Counted from the first letter of the stretch, positions 1 to 15,114 are shown. The stretch is 64,000 nucleotides of DNA from the human T2T-CHM13v2.0 reference genome, Homo sapiens (GCF_009914755.1 NC_060927.1), one strand, 5' to 3'. Numbers and translations: made by a program. The notes: generated by a model not told the origin, from the letters alone.

Positions 1-89
1 GCCTGCACATACAGAGCCTCCATTCCAGTTGAGGGGATGGGCAGGGAACAAGTGAGCAGATTACTCCAGCTGCTTTGAGTACAATTGAG

Positions 90-510
90 AAAATAAAACA
101 GGATATTGGGAGAGGGCATGATAGCATGAGGCGCCTTTGGGATAGGTGGTCAGGGAGGGTCTCCTAGAAGGTGAAATTTGAGTGGAAGCCTGAGTGGCTG
201 ATGTAAAGAGGGGTAAGCCGCATACAGACCTGGGGGAAGATGTTGGTATGTATGCTCCAGGTGGGTAGGAAAGAACATGTTCCAGGGCCCTGGGGTAGAA
301 ATGAACTTGGTGTGTTGGGAGAAGAGGAGAGCCAGAGGCTGCAGTAGAAGTGACCTGAGTTGAGGTTGAAGGTAGGCAGGACTCAGCTTGTGTGGGGTCT
401 GTAGCCATAATAAGTTTGGATTTGAATCTACCTGTGATAGGAAGCCACTGTAAAGTTTTAAGCAAAGGGATCTGATCTGATTGATGTTTTGAAATATACC
501 CCGGCTGCCC
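90..510 (-). mobile_element. L2 LINE fragment
   Basis: Typical antisense L2 text (ggtcagggagggtctcctagaaggtgaaatttgag; ggaagccactgtaaagttttaagcaaaggg). Confidence 0.6.
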
Positions 511-3215
511 TTAAATATCAGAAGACAGCAATATCACAGTCACAAAGCAACACAAAATTAAATGCCATAGAAATATCTGAATAAGAAGTATTTTGTAATT
601 AGAAGAGAGACAGATCATTCGATGGGGCTACAGTGAACTGGGAAGACTCAAAGCAGGGGCCAGAACAAAGGTAGGATTGCGAGGGGTTGTCCAGGGTGGA
701 TGTTGCCTATCCATCAGAGCAGGGGCTGGGAGGAAGAGGTGGCAGGTGGTGATGGCCCTGGGGGATTTGTCACTTCGTCTTCCAGAGCTACAATTTCTGG
801 CACTGTAAAACGGACCTACTGAGCTGTGTCATGTGTCTGGTGGGGCTGCTGCGATAGAGTGTGGAAGCCCAGCACAGACAGCGAGTGCTTTCCTTATAGA
901 GGTGGGGAATTCTGGGAGCTGAGGCCAAAGCCCAGGAGACAGCCATGTGTGCGAGCTGCAGAAACTGGAGGTCTCCTGGTATTGACCCCAGCTGGCTTCC
1001 CATGCCTGTGGCAGACGTTGCAAGTTGGTCACAGCTCCTCTTCCCAGTGAGCGAGTTCTCAGACTCAGCCTCTGTCTCAGGCCCACCGCTGATGGAAGCT
1101 GGCAGGTGGAATGAAACCCACTTGCCACCCTAGCAGGGCAGTGGCATCAAAGGCCTGGAGCCTGATAAAGGGATGAAGTAAACCTCCCTACCAGCACACA
1201 GTGAATTCTCATCTTCAGGAGTCCTGCCACATCAACTGGGTCACTTTAGAAAGCAACAGTGATTCTCAGTGAATGGCAATGGCTGGCTTTTCTTTGTCTT
1301 CCCTCCCCTGATTCCTACTCCAGTCCCACTGTCCATCTTGACCATGGGCCCTGCCAGCAGCTGGCCTAACAGCACCATCCATATCATGGAGGGTATGGGG
1401 AGAGTGGTCAAGGGAGCCTCTCTTTCCTGCCTCTCCCACCTCCCTGGAGGCCACCCAGGGCCTCATGCCTGCATTTCCCGAGGCCTCCCAGTGTGTCCTC
1501 CACTATGTGCTGCTGGGCTGAGTCAGTCTGTCTCAGGGCAGTGGACCTTTGGGGACTTTGCATGGACCACTCACATCTCTCCAGAGCAGGTTGAACTCTC
1601 GGGCGATAGACTCACCGCCGCAGGAGAGTCTCTGAGCTTCCTTCTCCTGCAGTTTGTTCAGGCAGGGTGAGCCCCCTCACTCTGCCCCAGTCAGGGGAGG
1701 TCAGCCTGAAAGCAGGAGAGTGGGGGGCTCACCTTGGACAGGTGCAGGGAGCAGCAGCTTGGGGTTGCCCCCGGGGCAGGGAGATCCCTTTAAGAGCTGT
1801 AGAACTTTTTCATCCTGACCGTGGCCCCAAAGGATGGTTTACTCCACTCTATTTTAGTGAGAAGCAAAAAAATAATTTTTTAATCTTAATATACCTCATA
1901 TTAAGTCAGTAGAACCTTCTGCAGATTATTCCATTTACTCCTGACATGTGGGCCAGTGTGGAAAGACATCTAAGCCTGGGCCCCTGTGCATCAGCTCTCC
2001 GTGTTCTTCCGCTTTGCCTCCCATTGGACAGTGATTGGCTTGGAGTCCGGTGGTCTCCTTTGTCCTGGGCTCCTAACCCCAGTTCTGTGAGCAAGTTCAG
2101 GTAGTCCAGGATCCCTCTGGAATTGTACATACATGTGGAGTATATGCATCAGTGTGGGGAAGGGGAGGAGAGGCTTTTGTGACAATCTCAAGAATGTCAG
2201 TGCCTGGGAGGCACAGACTCCTGCCCCAGCTCTCCCTGGTCCCTCTTGGAGTTCTTCCTCTCACTGCTGAGGTGGGGGTCGCTGCCTAGAGGGAGCGGCC
2301 TGCCTGCTGTCCCCACTGGATCGCGGGCTGCACTTGTCCCATTGGGAGCAGACTCAGGGAAATACAAATAGCACTGCGTGCTTTTATGTTTCAGGTGCAT
2401 CCTATTAAATGGGCTTTTGCGGTTGCCCCTGGGAATCTGCATGTAATCGGTGTGTAAAATTGTTTCTGAGGGGAAAACAAACAGCCAACTTACCAAAACA
2501 ACCCTTTTGTGACTGGATTATTTAGGTAACACATGGCTCATGATGATGCTAAATGTTCATTTCTGGAAAGTGATATTCTTGTCATTCAAAATAATGATGA
2601 CCTTGATACCTCTACAGCTTATGATGGGGGGATCCCAAGTGGGGTCTAGTCAGACCGTGAACTCCCAAAGTCATCTAACCCTATGTGCATTTTTCTGGAA
2701 GAAGGGTTTACCACTTTGATCATGATCTCCACAATGTCTGACTGCAGGGGACATTAAGAATATCTGCTGTGGAGAACAAGGCCAGGAACAGCCAGGCTGT
2801 CTTGCCCAGCCCAGGGGCAGCCTCTGGGGGCGCCGAGCTCAGCAGTCCCAGAGGAGCCCTTAGGAGCACTTTTGGGGCTATGTGCCTTGCTCAGCCCTGG
2901 CAGCGGAATTCTGCACTGCTGAATTGAGCATGGGGACGTCCTCATTTCTCTGAGGCTGCCCCTGCCCTCCTGACTGGGTCCTCTGTCCTCTGTCTCTAAC
3001 TTGCCCACATGTGTCCTTTCATCTGCCACCTCCAGGAGGTCTTCTCAAGCCCCTGGTCAACCCAGGAGTTGTCTACTAATTATTTAATTAGGTCTCTTCA
3101 TTGCTGACCAGTAAATATTTATCATGTATCTATTAAATGGTGATCCTTTTGCTTCATGGGGAGGTACAAGGTAAAAAAAAACCTCAGGTCCCACCTTTAG
3201 AGAGTCACCATCTGG

Positions 3216-3516
3216 GGCTGGGCATGGTGGCTCACACCTGTAATCTCAGCACTTTGGGAGGCCAAGGTGGGTGGATCACAAGGTCAGGAGATCGAGACCA
3301 TCCTGGCTAACACAGTGAAACCCCATCTCTACTAAAAATACAAAAAATTAGCTGGGCGTGGTGGCACATGCCTGTAGTCCCAGCTACTCGGGAGGCTGAG
3401 GCAGGGGAATCACTTGAACCCAGGAGGCGGAGGTTGCAGTGAGCTGACATCGTGTGCCACTGTACTCCAGCCTGGGTGACAGAGCGAGACTCCATCTCAA
3501 AAAAGAAAAAAAAAAA
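3216..3516 (+). mobile_element. Alu (AluSc-like), full length
   Basis: Dimeric Alu with A tail and a degenerate TSD agagagtcaccatctgg/agagaggcactgtctgg. Confidence 0.93.
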
Positions 3517-4715
3517 AGAGAGGCACTGTCTGGTACCTAGAGCCCAGCATGATGAGTGTGTAGTGTGGGTACAATATGTAATAGGGCTACAAGCAGCTGC
3601 CGGCTCCCCTGGGGCTGCCAGGGCAGGTGGAGTGCTCTTCCTCTGGTTCATCCCTTGAAGGCATCATGTGTGCCACTCTATTCCCCTCTGGACCAAAGAC
3701 CATGGTCCTCTCTGTCATTATGCTGGAAGATTCTAAGGGCTGATGCCTTTTCTACCCTTTCTTCTGCATCATAGCCCAACAGGAGTAGGCAGCTCCCTAG
3801 ATAATGGCAGCAGAGGTGCCTGTATACCCAGCAGTTCCTCCTCTTCTTGTTGTGGAGCCTCCCACTTGAGGGTTAGCAGTGTCTCTCTTCCTTGGATCCA
3901 CCTGGGAAGAGCTGACATGTTGATGTGGCTAAGCACTGTAGCCACTCCCTGGGCTGCATTCCATGAGGGTCAGTGCCCTTGACCGAGTCATGTCTCCAGT
4001 GCTCTGTCCAGAGGAGGAGCTTCACAACACTGCCTGGGAGCTCAAGGATCAGTTTGGTTTTCTGTTATCAGTTAAGTGGGGAGTAGCCACTCCGGGGTCC
4101 CTTGTCCCTGGGAGGGACAGGGTGAGGATGAGCTGAGGAAGCCAGGTACAGGCAGGAGTGAAATGGAGAGATTAAGAACGAGACAGGTTCATGTCTCACC
4201 TGGAGCTGAGTTCTGCAGAAATGGCCTTGGAGGAGGAGACAGGAGCTTTCACCCCTGCCGGGTGCTCAGCTGGAGGCAGGAAAGCCGATTCCATAGCTCA
4301 GTGGGAGGTCTCCTCTGATTACACTGTTTGACTTTCTGTCTTGCTTTCTTCTTGTCTTTCTTTTTCCTAACAATCAGTAGTAGAATTATAGCGTTCTCAG
4401 CTCCCACACAGTGGCACACCCCTGAGAAGGTTGAGTCACGACCTGTCATCCGCTGATCCTAGTTAATGCATGGTCCCCGCACAGCCAGGCTCACCTTCTG
4501 AGCAGCCTCCATCCTGAGCCAGTCTGCAGACCCCTCACCTCCCAGTCCCTCCAGCATCAGAGGCCAGAAAGTACTCTTTCTATTAAAATGAAAACAATGT
4601 ACAAATGTCAAGGTCTGTCATTTACACAAAGTGCTTAATTTCTTTTTAATGCATCAAATTTTATTATTTCTGACATCTTACTGTGTTCATGCAGCTGTAA
4701 GAAAAGCACAGAGCA

Positions 4716-5017
<302 letters not shown>

Positions 5018-5229
5018 AAGAAAAGGACAGAGCAGTTTCTATCCCAAAAAATTCCCATCATGTCATATGGGGACAATTAGAATGTAATTATGTCCCATAC
5101 TTATGCTTCTGTGAATTTTTGTGCCCAGCTCAAGGCCTCAGACTGCCTTCTGTCCAGAGAAGATGATGATGGTGATCACAGCATGGTGCCACAACCTACA
5201 CGCTGCCTGCAGCTAGGGCCTCTCACCAG

Positions 5230-5410
5230 ATGGTTGGGTTTTCAACCCAGCTCTGTGACCATGGCTGTGTATATGGCCTTGGGCAGTCACCTGCCCTCTT
5301 GGTGCCTCAATTGTCTAATCCATAGAATGGAGATAATGTCAGTTCCTACTTTGTGGGGTAGTTATGAGGCTGTAAGGCACTGGTCAGTACCTGGCACACC
5401 AGTTGCCCGT
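5230..5410 (+). mobile_element. MIR SINE
   Basis: MIR core ccttgggcagtcacct...cctcaattgtctaatccatagaatggagataat. Confidence 0.6.
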
Positions 5411-5634
5411 ATTATTTATGCAGTTGTTTTATTTTTGTGTCTGGGGTACCTTCCCACTACCCCAACCCACTTCTGGTGGATTATGCAAAATATTTCTTTT
5501 CTTTGAGCTGGTGCTGCTGCTGCTTTTCTCAGGTGTCTGGGAATGGGACTGAGCTGCCTTACAGAGGCGGCGCAGGGGAGCATCCCGAGGGCCTCTGTGC
5601 CATAAGAATGGTTTCTCTTGATCTCTCCCCACAG

Positions 5635-5705
5635 GGTGTGGCCACTGTAAGAAAATGAAGCCGGAGTTTGAGAAGGCAGCAGAAGCCCTCCATGGAGAAG
5701 CAGAT
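5635..5705 (+). CDS. PDIA5: PDIA5 coding exon A (71 nt): (W)CGHCKKMKPEFEKAAEALHGEAD, second catalytic site
   Basis: Acceptor ctccccacag|GG at 5634/5635 and donor GAT|gtaagc at 5705/5706. Encodes a thioredoxin CGHC motif and splices in frame to the next exon. Confidence 0.96.
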
Positions 5706-6208
5706 GTAAGCTTCCTTTCCTTCCCCCTCACCGTTCTCTTTGAAAGAATCACTGACAGGTGGAATCATTATGACTTTCCCCTGCAAGCCCTGCTGCAGCT
5801 CCCGTGGTCCGTGGAGGCCAGCAGTACCTCTGTGTGCCCAAGTAGAACATCTTAGATGGGATCCTAGAGGGGGCAGAAAGACTACTGGGCCATGTTCCCG
5901 TGCCCATCCAGGTGACCTCTGCCTGCTCCCTCTTTTCTCTGGGACCCTGGCTAACAGGAACAGGTGCCAATCTACTCAACGTGGCTGGTGGGGCAGATTC
6001 AAAAGCCTCATCTCAGCTCATAAATGAGAAATTATGGCCGTGCCAATGTTCAGTTGTTCCCTGGGATATGGGGAGCCCACCGGGCTAGCCACCCCAGTTA
6101 AATTCCAGCAGGTCCAGGATGGGTTGTGGGGGCAGCGTCTGGGCTCCTGTGTTCCACCAGCACCGCATCTGAGGCTGTAATGCATGGTTGGCCTTTCCCC
6201 CATCCCAG

Positions 6209-6369
6209 AGCTCTGGTGTCCTTGCAGCTGTCGATGCCACTGTCAACAAGGCCCTGGCAGAAAGATTCCACATCTCAGAGTTTCCTACGTTGAAGTATTT
6301 TAAGAATGGAGAGAAATACGCAGTGCCTGTGCTCAGGACAAAGAAGAAGTTTCTCGAGTGGATGCAAAA
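6209..6369 (+). CDS. PDIA5: PDIA5 coding exon B (161 nt): SSGVLAAVDATVNKALAERFHISEFPTLKYFKNGEKYAVPVLRTKKKFLEWMQ(N)
   Basis: Acceptor cccatcccag|AGC and donor AA|gtaagt. Contains the AAVDAT and cis-Pro FPTLKYF thioredoxin-fold motifs; phases 0 and 2 match the neighbouring exons. Confidence 0.96.
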
Positions 6370-6828
6370 GTAAGTGTTACGATCTCAGTAGCACATCCAA
6401 ACTGCCAGCTGGCGGCCCCTGGAGACCACCTTGAGGAGGTGAAGTAAACTTTATGGTCAATGTCCTGGGCTCATGCCCGTAGGAGTCAAGACGGATCTGA
6501 CTTCCTCAACCCTAAAACCACCATTTATATGCTGATCACGTGTCTTGATCAGGTCACTGCTGGCAGTCCTTCTGGACGCAGCTTCATCGACGCACTAAAC
6601 CGTGTGTTGCTTTTTCTCTGTCTCAGCCTCCTTAGGCCCAGATCTTATTGTCTGCATTTTATTCCACTCCCTTTGAATAAATGAAGGAGACACAGCTCTT
6701 CATAGCCAGAGCTAGACTCATTTCGTCCAGGTTTGCTAGTGGTTGGCTGGGCCTCCAGTAATGTCCACAGGGCAGGCTATGGTGGTTTGCAACTGAGGAT
6801 AAAGATTTTGAAGAGCCCCCTCAGCCTA

Positions 6829-7535
<707 letters not shown>

Positions 7536-8186
7536 GGTCTGAGCTACTTTGTTAGGACATCGGTCAGATATGAGGTGTTTATTTAAAGCATAGACTCTGA
7601 GACTCTTTTATTCAGGAAGTGTGAATGGGACCCTCAGCCATGGTGTTCTAAGCAACACCAGCTTGTGGAATGGCAGCAAAGTTGCCACTAGATTCAGGGG
7701 AGGCCTCTGGCAAGAGATGAATGGACTGATGAGATCCTGGCCTCAGCTTCTCCCACTTTGTCCTGCTCATCCACTGGGAGGATTTGGAAAGTAGCTAGGC
7801 CTTTGTCTTAGGGACCAGAGGAAAATGATGGTTTGCCTCTGAAAGGCACAAGGTGCTTGCTTACCCCTCAAGGCCTTCTGGTGTCTGAAGTAAGTGGCTT
7901 GTTCACACCCACTTTTCCAGCCTTGCTCTGGTGCCAGGGCTGGTTCACTGGAAAGGACTGGGTGGGGCGGGGGATCTGGCCAGGTCCCTGTGATGCTTGG
8001 ACTTCTGGTTAGAGAGCCGAGGGAATCCAGAGTGTCGATCATCACTAATCAGTGCTCCAGAGTCTTGGCCACAAACAGCGAGCATGAGGGGCCTCTGTCC
8101 TTTCTGTGTGCCACTGCTGCTACTGAGAGCCTGAAAAGCACTCAGGCTAAGTGCTTTCAGGTTTAAATACTTTCTTAAGTGCTTTT

Positions 8187-8692
<506 letters not shown>

Positions 8693-9259
8693 GGTTGAAG
8701 CTATTTTTATGACTGATTGTGGACTTCTCATGACTGACAGTATCAATACATAAGTGATCACAGCAGCCAGCCTTTGCAGAATGCTCTCCTATCTCTTGCT
8801 CCATTTCATCCTCAAGTCCTGCTGAGGCCAGAGTTTTTAATTCCTATTTCATTGGTGAAGAAACTTAGGTTCAGAGAGGTTAAGGGCCCTATCCAGGGAC
8901 AAATAGTAGTTCTTCCGGGAACTTGGAGGGGATCCTTCAGGTGGAGTGTGAACAGCCGATGGCTCGGGGGTGGAGAACTGAGACTCGTCACCCAGAAGCA
9001 GGGCGAGCAGACAGCGCCAGAAAAGGTGGATGGCATTTACAGGCAGGTGCATAGGCTGCCAGGCTGTGGGTAACTGAGATGCGCCTGCCAGCAGGCCAGC
9101 CTGGGGAGGCAGTGTTCAGGGAAAAGGCAGAGCAGAAAGGTCAGATGAGTGGTGTCAGCCATGGAACCAGAGAAGCTGGAGGACAAAGACAGGGAGGAAG
9201 GCTGGGAGGGGCCCGTCTTAGTCACCAGCACAGGAGAAGGTGAGAGGCAGGGAGACTGA

Positions 9260-9490
9260 TTTGGGAGGAGGAGGGAAGAGTAATGTGTTCTAAGTCATGG
9301 TGGATTTGAGGTTACAATGGGACTTCCAGCTGGAAATGCCTGAAAAACACCTGGAAATAAGGAGCTTGGATGAGAGGTGAGGCCTTAAGTTCTTCTCGGC
9401 CATGGAAATCACTGGAGCCATGCAGAGGAATGAGATCTTTGAGAATTGCAAGGGCTCAGAATAGAACTGGAAGCACAGAGAGGGCTGCAC
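9260..9490 (-). mobile_element. L2 fragment
   Basis: ggatttgaggttacaatgggacttccagctggaaatgcc-type antisense L2 text. Confidence 0.5.
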
Positions 9491-9759
9491 TCAGCTGGTG
9501 CAGGGGCTGTGGCACAAGCCCAGTGGGAGACGTGGCAGCGTGGGTGTAGCCCTCTCCCCAGAAATACTCCCAAGAAGGGGAGCTGAGTTATAGAGAGGGA
9601 AGCAGGGGAGCAAAAGCTATTGCAAGACCCTGGAGATCCATCCTTGCATGAGGCAGAGTGGAGGGACCCAGTGGACAGCAAGAGACTGAGAAGAATAACG
9701 TTTATCCAATGCCTGGCATTTATTAGAGCATCTAGGCTCTCAGTAAATATTAGTTCCTT

Positions 9760-9925
9760 GACTGAGTAGATGCTTTTCATACATTCTCTGCTCTTCATAA
9801 AGATCCCATTGTCCTCATTTAACAGAAAAGAAAACGGAGGCTCAGAGGGGTTTAGTAACTTACCTAAGGTTGCACAGCTGGTAAGTCATCTGGACTTGAA
9901 CCCAGGCCCGCCTCACTCCTTGGCC
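9760..9925 (-). mobile_element. MIR SINE
   Basis: catttaacagaaaagaaaacggaggctcagagggg...ggacttgaacccagg. Confidence 0.7.
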
Positions 9926-10342
9926 CATGCTCTCCACCAGAACAGAGGCTGAGAACCAGAAGATAATGAACGATCATGTAGGGTCCTAGAGGGGGCAGAA
10001 AGGAGGGGCCTGGGAGTCCAAGCAGAGGTGCCTCTATGCTCTTGTCAAGGAGTTCGTGGCCCACAACTGGGGGGGCTGCCCTGACCTAAAATGGTGTCAA
10101 GTCTTCCATATTTTACAAAATGGCTCCTTAATGGGCTCCTCAGAGGGAATCAGGGAAGGTCTTTGCTGGTGGCACAGATTTGTTTGTGTTTAAACTGTGG
10201 TTTTAAAATGAAATTTTAGAAGGATTGTAGTGGTTTCTTCATGCATGTTCCCCCGAGTGGTTGGGACATTGAGGGTGGATTTCCTTGCCCATCTAAAAAT
10301 CTCTCCTTATGGCTGCCTCCCCACTCCCCTGGCTTCTTGCAG

Positions 10343-10473
10343 CCCTGAGGCCCCCCCGCCCCCAGAGCCCACGTGGGAAGAGCAGCAGACAAGCGTGTTG
10401 CACCTGGTGGGGGACAACTTCCGGGAGACCCTGAAGAAGAAGAAACACACCTTGGTCATGTTCTACGCCCCTT
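10343..10473 (+). CDS. PDIA5: PDIA5 coding exon C (131 nt): PEAPPPPEPTWEEQQTSVLHLVGDNFRETLKKKKHTLVMFYAP(W)
   Basis: Acceptor ttcttgcag|C and donor CCT T|gtaagt. Pro-rich linker followed by the VMFYAPW motif that precedes CxxC. Confidence 0.96.
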
Positions 10474-11835
10474 GTAAGTAGCTTGGGTGCTCACTGAGTG
10501 GCACAGTAAGAGGGGTTTGGCCCCACCAAACCAAAAAGACCCGCACACCCACCCCAGGGACCAAGGCAGCCGCTGATGGATCCCAGGGTCATCTCCATTA
10601 TGAACCAGGCTCTCCAATTTTATTCCAGGCTAAGAGGTCCTTCAAATCCAGGGCCTCCTTTTGTCAGACTCGTCGGGCTCTCCTTCCTTTGGGGCAGCCT
10701 TTCTCGTGTCTGTCCTAAAGCCCTCTGCCTCTGTGCTCGTCCCCTCTTGTCCCTGGGCTCCTCCATGCCCCTGTCCCCTACCTGCACACTTCCCACCCCT
10801 CAGCTGTCCCCGCCCCCTCTTCCTTCTCCAGACACTGACTTATCTTCAGCACCTTGGAACCCCCTCTCCCTGCCCTTCCAGATGGCTCTGGAGCCGTGGC
10901 ATAGGCACAGCCACATTCGCTCCTGAGCTCCTGTGCTGTGCTCGTTTTAATCAGAGCTCAAGCTGAGGAAGTGACACGTCTGCCGACATTGGCATCGGTG
11001 ACCTCAGGTTTCTGTGTATTCCCATTTTGAAGTTGTTAATTGATACTTACAATGAAAGGTTCTTAGAATTTCCCACTCTCTGCTGCCCTTCTCTCTCTCC
11101 CCCAGGTTACAGCTCAGCTTAATGGAGTGAGGATAATAAAAGCTGCAGTCTACAGAGAAGCCAGGCAGCTCCATCTAGCCATAAACCTGCTCAGTTGTAG
11201 CTGGCCCTCCTGTTGGCTCCCCCGTCCCCACCTTTCAAGTGTCAGTAATCCGTGGAGTCTGTGTGTTCTCAGGGTCTGAGAGGGGCCGCCACAGCCTCAG
11301 CCCCTCCTTGAGGCAGCCTCCCTGCCCATCTCTTTCTGCCTTTCCTTCTCAGAGTGGGACTTGTCCTCTCCCAGTCCCTTACAGAGCTTCCGGCTGTCCT
11401 CTTCGGTCTGTAGAGTGTGCCCAGAAGCCTGAAAATTTTCGGGAGCTGACATCTTCCCTCTGGCATTAGGGGGTGGAGGACTGAGCCTTGCCCAAGGCCA
11501 TGGGGCAAGTTAGTGGCAGGCCCCTCCCGCAGCCTGGATGGCTCTCTCTATGTCACAGGCACAGTCCAGAGAGTGAGAGTGTTTTCAGCAGCAAGTGAGA
11601 ACCTGGCTGCAGGAGTGGAAGCCCTTGACCAGACGAAATACTTTCCCCCAGACCTCTGGACCAGAGCCCAGTGCTTCCTCTGCCTCTCTTCAGCTCCTCC
11701 CTGACTGAGGGGCCTTCATAGCAGACATAAGCCCCCCGCCACCCTGACCCTGGCTGCTGGGACCGACAGGTGCTTGAATCCCCAGGGAATCTGGGAGAGA
11801 CTCTTACCCTTTTGGGCTGCCAAAGATCTACAACT

Positions 11836-11842
11836 CCTTCCT

Positions 11843-11875
<33 letters not shown>

Positions 11876-12064
11876 GCCTGCCTTCCTGCCTGCCTGCCTT
11901 CCTGCCTGCCTGCCTGCCTGCCTTCCTGCCTGCCTGCCTTCCTTCCTGCCCTCCTTCCTTCCTGCCTGCCTTCCTGCCTGCCTGCCTGCCTGCCTTCCTT
12001 CCTGCCCTCCTTCCTTCCTGCCTGCCTTCCTGCCTGCCTTCCTTCCTGCCTGCCTTCCTTCCTG

Positions 12065-12095
<31 letters not shown>

Positions 12096-12168
12096 GCCTT
12101 CCTTCCTGCCTGCCTTCCTTCCTGCCTGCCTTTCTTCCTGCCTTCCTTCCTGCCTTCCTGCCTTCCTT

Positions 12169-12199
<31 letters not shown>

Positions 12200-12265
12200 G
12201 CCTTCCTTCCTGCCTGCCTTCCTTTCTGCCTTCCAGCCTGCCTGCCTTCCCGCCTGCCTTCCTAC
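11836..12265. repeat. Complex tetranucleotide repeat (CCTG)n/(CCTT)n, about 430 bp
   Basis: Directly visible. Pure (CCTG)8 at 11844-11875, then interleaved CCTG and CCTT units. Confidence 0.98.
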
Positions 12266-15043
12266 CTGTCTTCCACCTACCCATCAAATATCAGCTCTGT
12301 GCTGTGCAGTGTCTAGGGCCCAGGGTACAAGGGAGGGAGACACGTCCCTGCCAGGCCTTGAGGGGCTCACTGTCTACCCTGACAAAATTCTAAACACAAT
12401 CCATCCAGGGCAGGGTCACTGAGTGACTCAACCTCTGGCAGAGGGCTTGGTCCTTAGAGTTTCTTCATTTCTGTTACTGCGTTTTTCTGTCCCTAAACCT
12501 TGCCCCAGGGACATACATCTTTATCAGTGGGTTACAGGGGGAAGACTTTCCAAGGACAAAAAAGATACATCTTTTGACTTTTTAATAATGAAAATAATAA
12601 TACCTATTTTTATATATAAATATGGCATATACTATATACTTTTTATATATGAAGGATCTAAACACTACAGAAATGTCAAATAGTAAAGTCAAATGCCTGA
12701 TAGAGGTCTAAAGGAAAAGCAGCATACCCACACGTTCCTGCTCCCCTTCTAGCTGCCTCACCCCAACATCTTACCTCCCCTCACATCTCTCCACCTCCCA
12801 CATCCCTTCTCCCACCATGTCTGCCCCTGCATCCTGTCTCCCCAGCTTCTGCACAGCTCTTCCTCCTGCTGTTTCATTGTTCCTTTTACGCTGAATGGTC
12901 TGGTCATGGTGACTGCCCTTCTCAGGCCAGCTTGGCGGAGTCTCTAGAACTGCAATTGTCCAGCCTGTCCTCAGTCTTTGTTCCTCTTTCCCCACTCTGG
13001 GAGGCGTCTTTGGTTTTCTGCTACACAGAGGCAGTGCCTTTTTTTTTTTTTTAAGCCTACATTAAATAAAAAAAATCATCCACATCTGGCCCTCCTGACA
13101 CCTCTTGGAAGCATCTTCATGCACTTTCTGAAACAGCCCTCCCTCCCATTATTCATTGGCCCCACTCTTTCTTTCGGATAATGAGAAAATTAGATGCAAC
13201 AGAAAGCCATTAATCTGAGGCCTAGATATTTTAAATTGATGGTAACAGGAATTTACACTAGGCTGACAGTTACCTTTAGACTTTCAATGAACAAAGAGGT
13301 TAAAAAGGAAAAATTAATAGTGAAACCAGGTTTTGAGGAAGGGGGGTGGTTATTTTCGCCAGCCTAATGCTATTATGGACATAGGCCACACACAAGGGGC
13401 CTGCAGCTGCCTGCAGGAGCTGTCTGTGACATACCTTGTTAACCAGTAGATTGCGCTCTTTAAGTGTTTTGAAAATTTTATAACATCATCCCTTTATAGT
13501 GTGACATTTTCATGAATTTGAGCTATTTTTCTTTCTGTTATGTCAAATTAGTGAAGTGTTACTTGTAATTTCCATTTTAGGCTATTAAAAAATCATCCAG
13601 TCTCTGCCATGAGCTAGGCTGTGCTAGGCACATTGCTAAGCTGTGCTTGTCTCATTTCTGATATAACCCATCACTGGCCCAGGTCTCTTCTGCTCCTTCT
13701 GCATGAGACTTGGCAAAGCCCTCTACACCCCCACCCCCCATCACCCCCCACAATGCTCTGGGCCAGCTGGCCACTCTGCCAGCCAGGCCATGTGGGTGGT
13801 CCTGCTCATCTCAAGACTGGCTCAAGGACTAAATTCAGATTAAACTTGTAGCTTAGCCTTAATTTGGTTTCACAAAACCCTTTGAAATGCCAGTCATTAT
13901 TATCTTATTTTAAAAAGGAGAAAGTAGATGAGCAAAGCCGTTTCTGTTCCCACCGTGGCATCTCTGCCTTCCCGAGGCTGAGGGAGGCCGGCTGACGTAG
14001 AGGTGTGGGCTGGAGCCTCCCCTTGCTCAGGGAAACCCTCCCCTCAGAGCCCTTCTGTGCCCTGGACAGTTCTGTTCACCAGTGACTGGGAAAGGGCTGA
14101 GAGAGGAGGGGGGTTTGGGTTCTGATCTGTTAGTGCTGAGGGAAGGGCTGGATCAGCCTGCAGCTCCTGGGCTCACCAGGACAGGAGGAGAAAGTGGCCC
14201 CCACAGAGGTCCCTACCCTGCTTCTGAGACACTGAGGTCAGAGTTGGGGCTCAGGGTGATGCCCAGAACAAGAGACAGATGCTGGAGGTAGGGGCCCCAG
14301 TATAGCTCAAAGGCCTTAGGCTGCTCTGACAAGCCTTCTCCCTGGGACAGGGAGCATCAAGGGACCTGAGGACTGCCTGGTGACTTCCCGTAGCTCCTCT
14401 CCCTCTTACCCTGACCATGGCCTTCCTGTTCCTGGCTTTGAGGTTCTGGTTATTGTAGAGCAAAGAGTAGATGGAGACCTGGGGACCAGGGCCTGATTTG
14501 GCTGCTCACAGTCTGGGCTGGGTGGAGGTTGCTAGGAATGCAGAAGTTAGCAGCAAATCATGAGCAGTGGGTGCAGAGTAGTTGCCCCAAAATCCCCCCA
14601 CCCTGCATTTCCCAACGCCACTTCCTCTCAGTCAGGAAATGGAGAGATTTGCTATTGTCCCTGGAGCAAGAGAAGATTGTAGCGGCTCTGAGAATCCCGT
14701 GCCTTCCTCTTTAAGCCCAAAGCTCCCTCTGCCCCCAAGATCAGGCTGTTCCTCGTCCTCTGTGGAAGGAGCAGAACTAGACTACAGTGACCATCGCCCC
14801 CCAGCCTGGGCAGGAGCATATGATGCTTGTGACAGGGACTCCTACCAGTCCCCCCTACCAATAGATCAGACATGGGTGGGAGGTGGTTAGAGTGGCAAGG
14901 TTGACAAAAGGACCCTGACAGTGTGGCGGGCAGTGGGGAGCTCCTGGAGAGCCCTCTCTGGAGCTTTCAGGAAGGGTCCCTGGCCCTGCAGCCTCCCTGC
15001 ACATGCATCACAGTCCTGTGTGCTCTCTTCCCCTCTCACACAG

Positions 15044-15114
15044 GGTGCCCACACTGTAAGAAGGTCATTCCGCACTTTACTGCTACTGCTGATGCCTTCA
15101 AAGATGACCGAAAG
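15044..15114 (+). CDS. PDIA5: PDIA5 coding exon D (71 nt): (W)CPHCKKVIPHFTATADAFKDDRK, third catalytic site
   Basis: Acceptor tctcacacag|GG and donor AAG|gtaagg. T+GG completes the Trp codon and CPHC follows. Confidence 0.96.

Noticed and set aside
11553-12393. Longest ORFs in the track (244, 207 and 180 aa, on both strands)
   Set aside because: The repeat has almost no A on the + strand and almost no T on the - strand, so stop codons cannot form. These are compositional artefacts, not genes.
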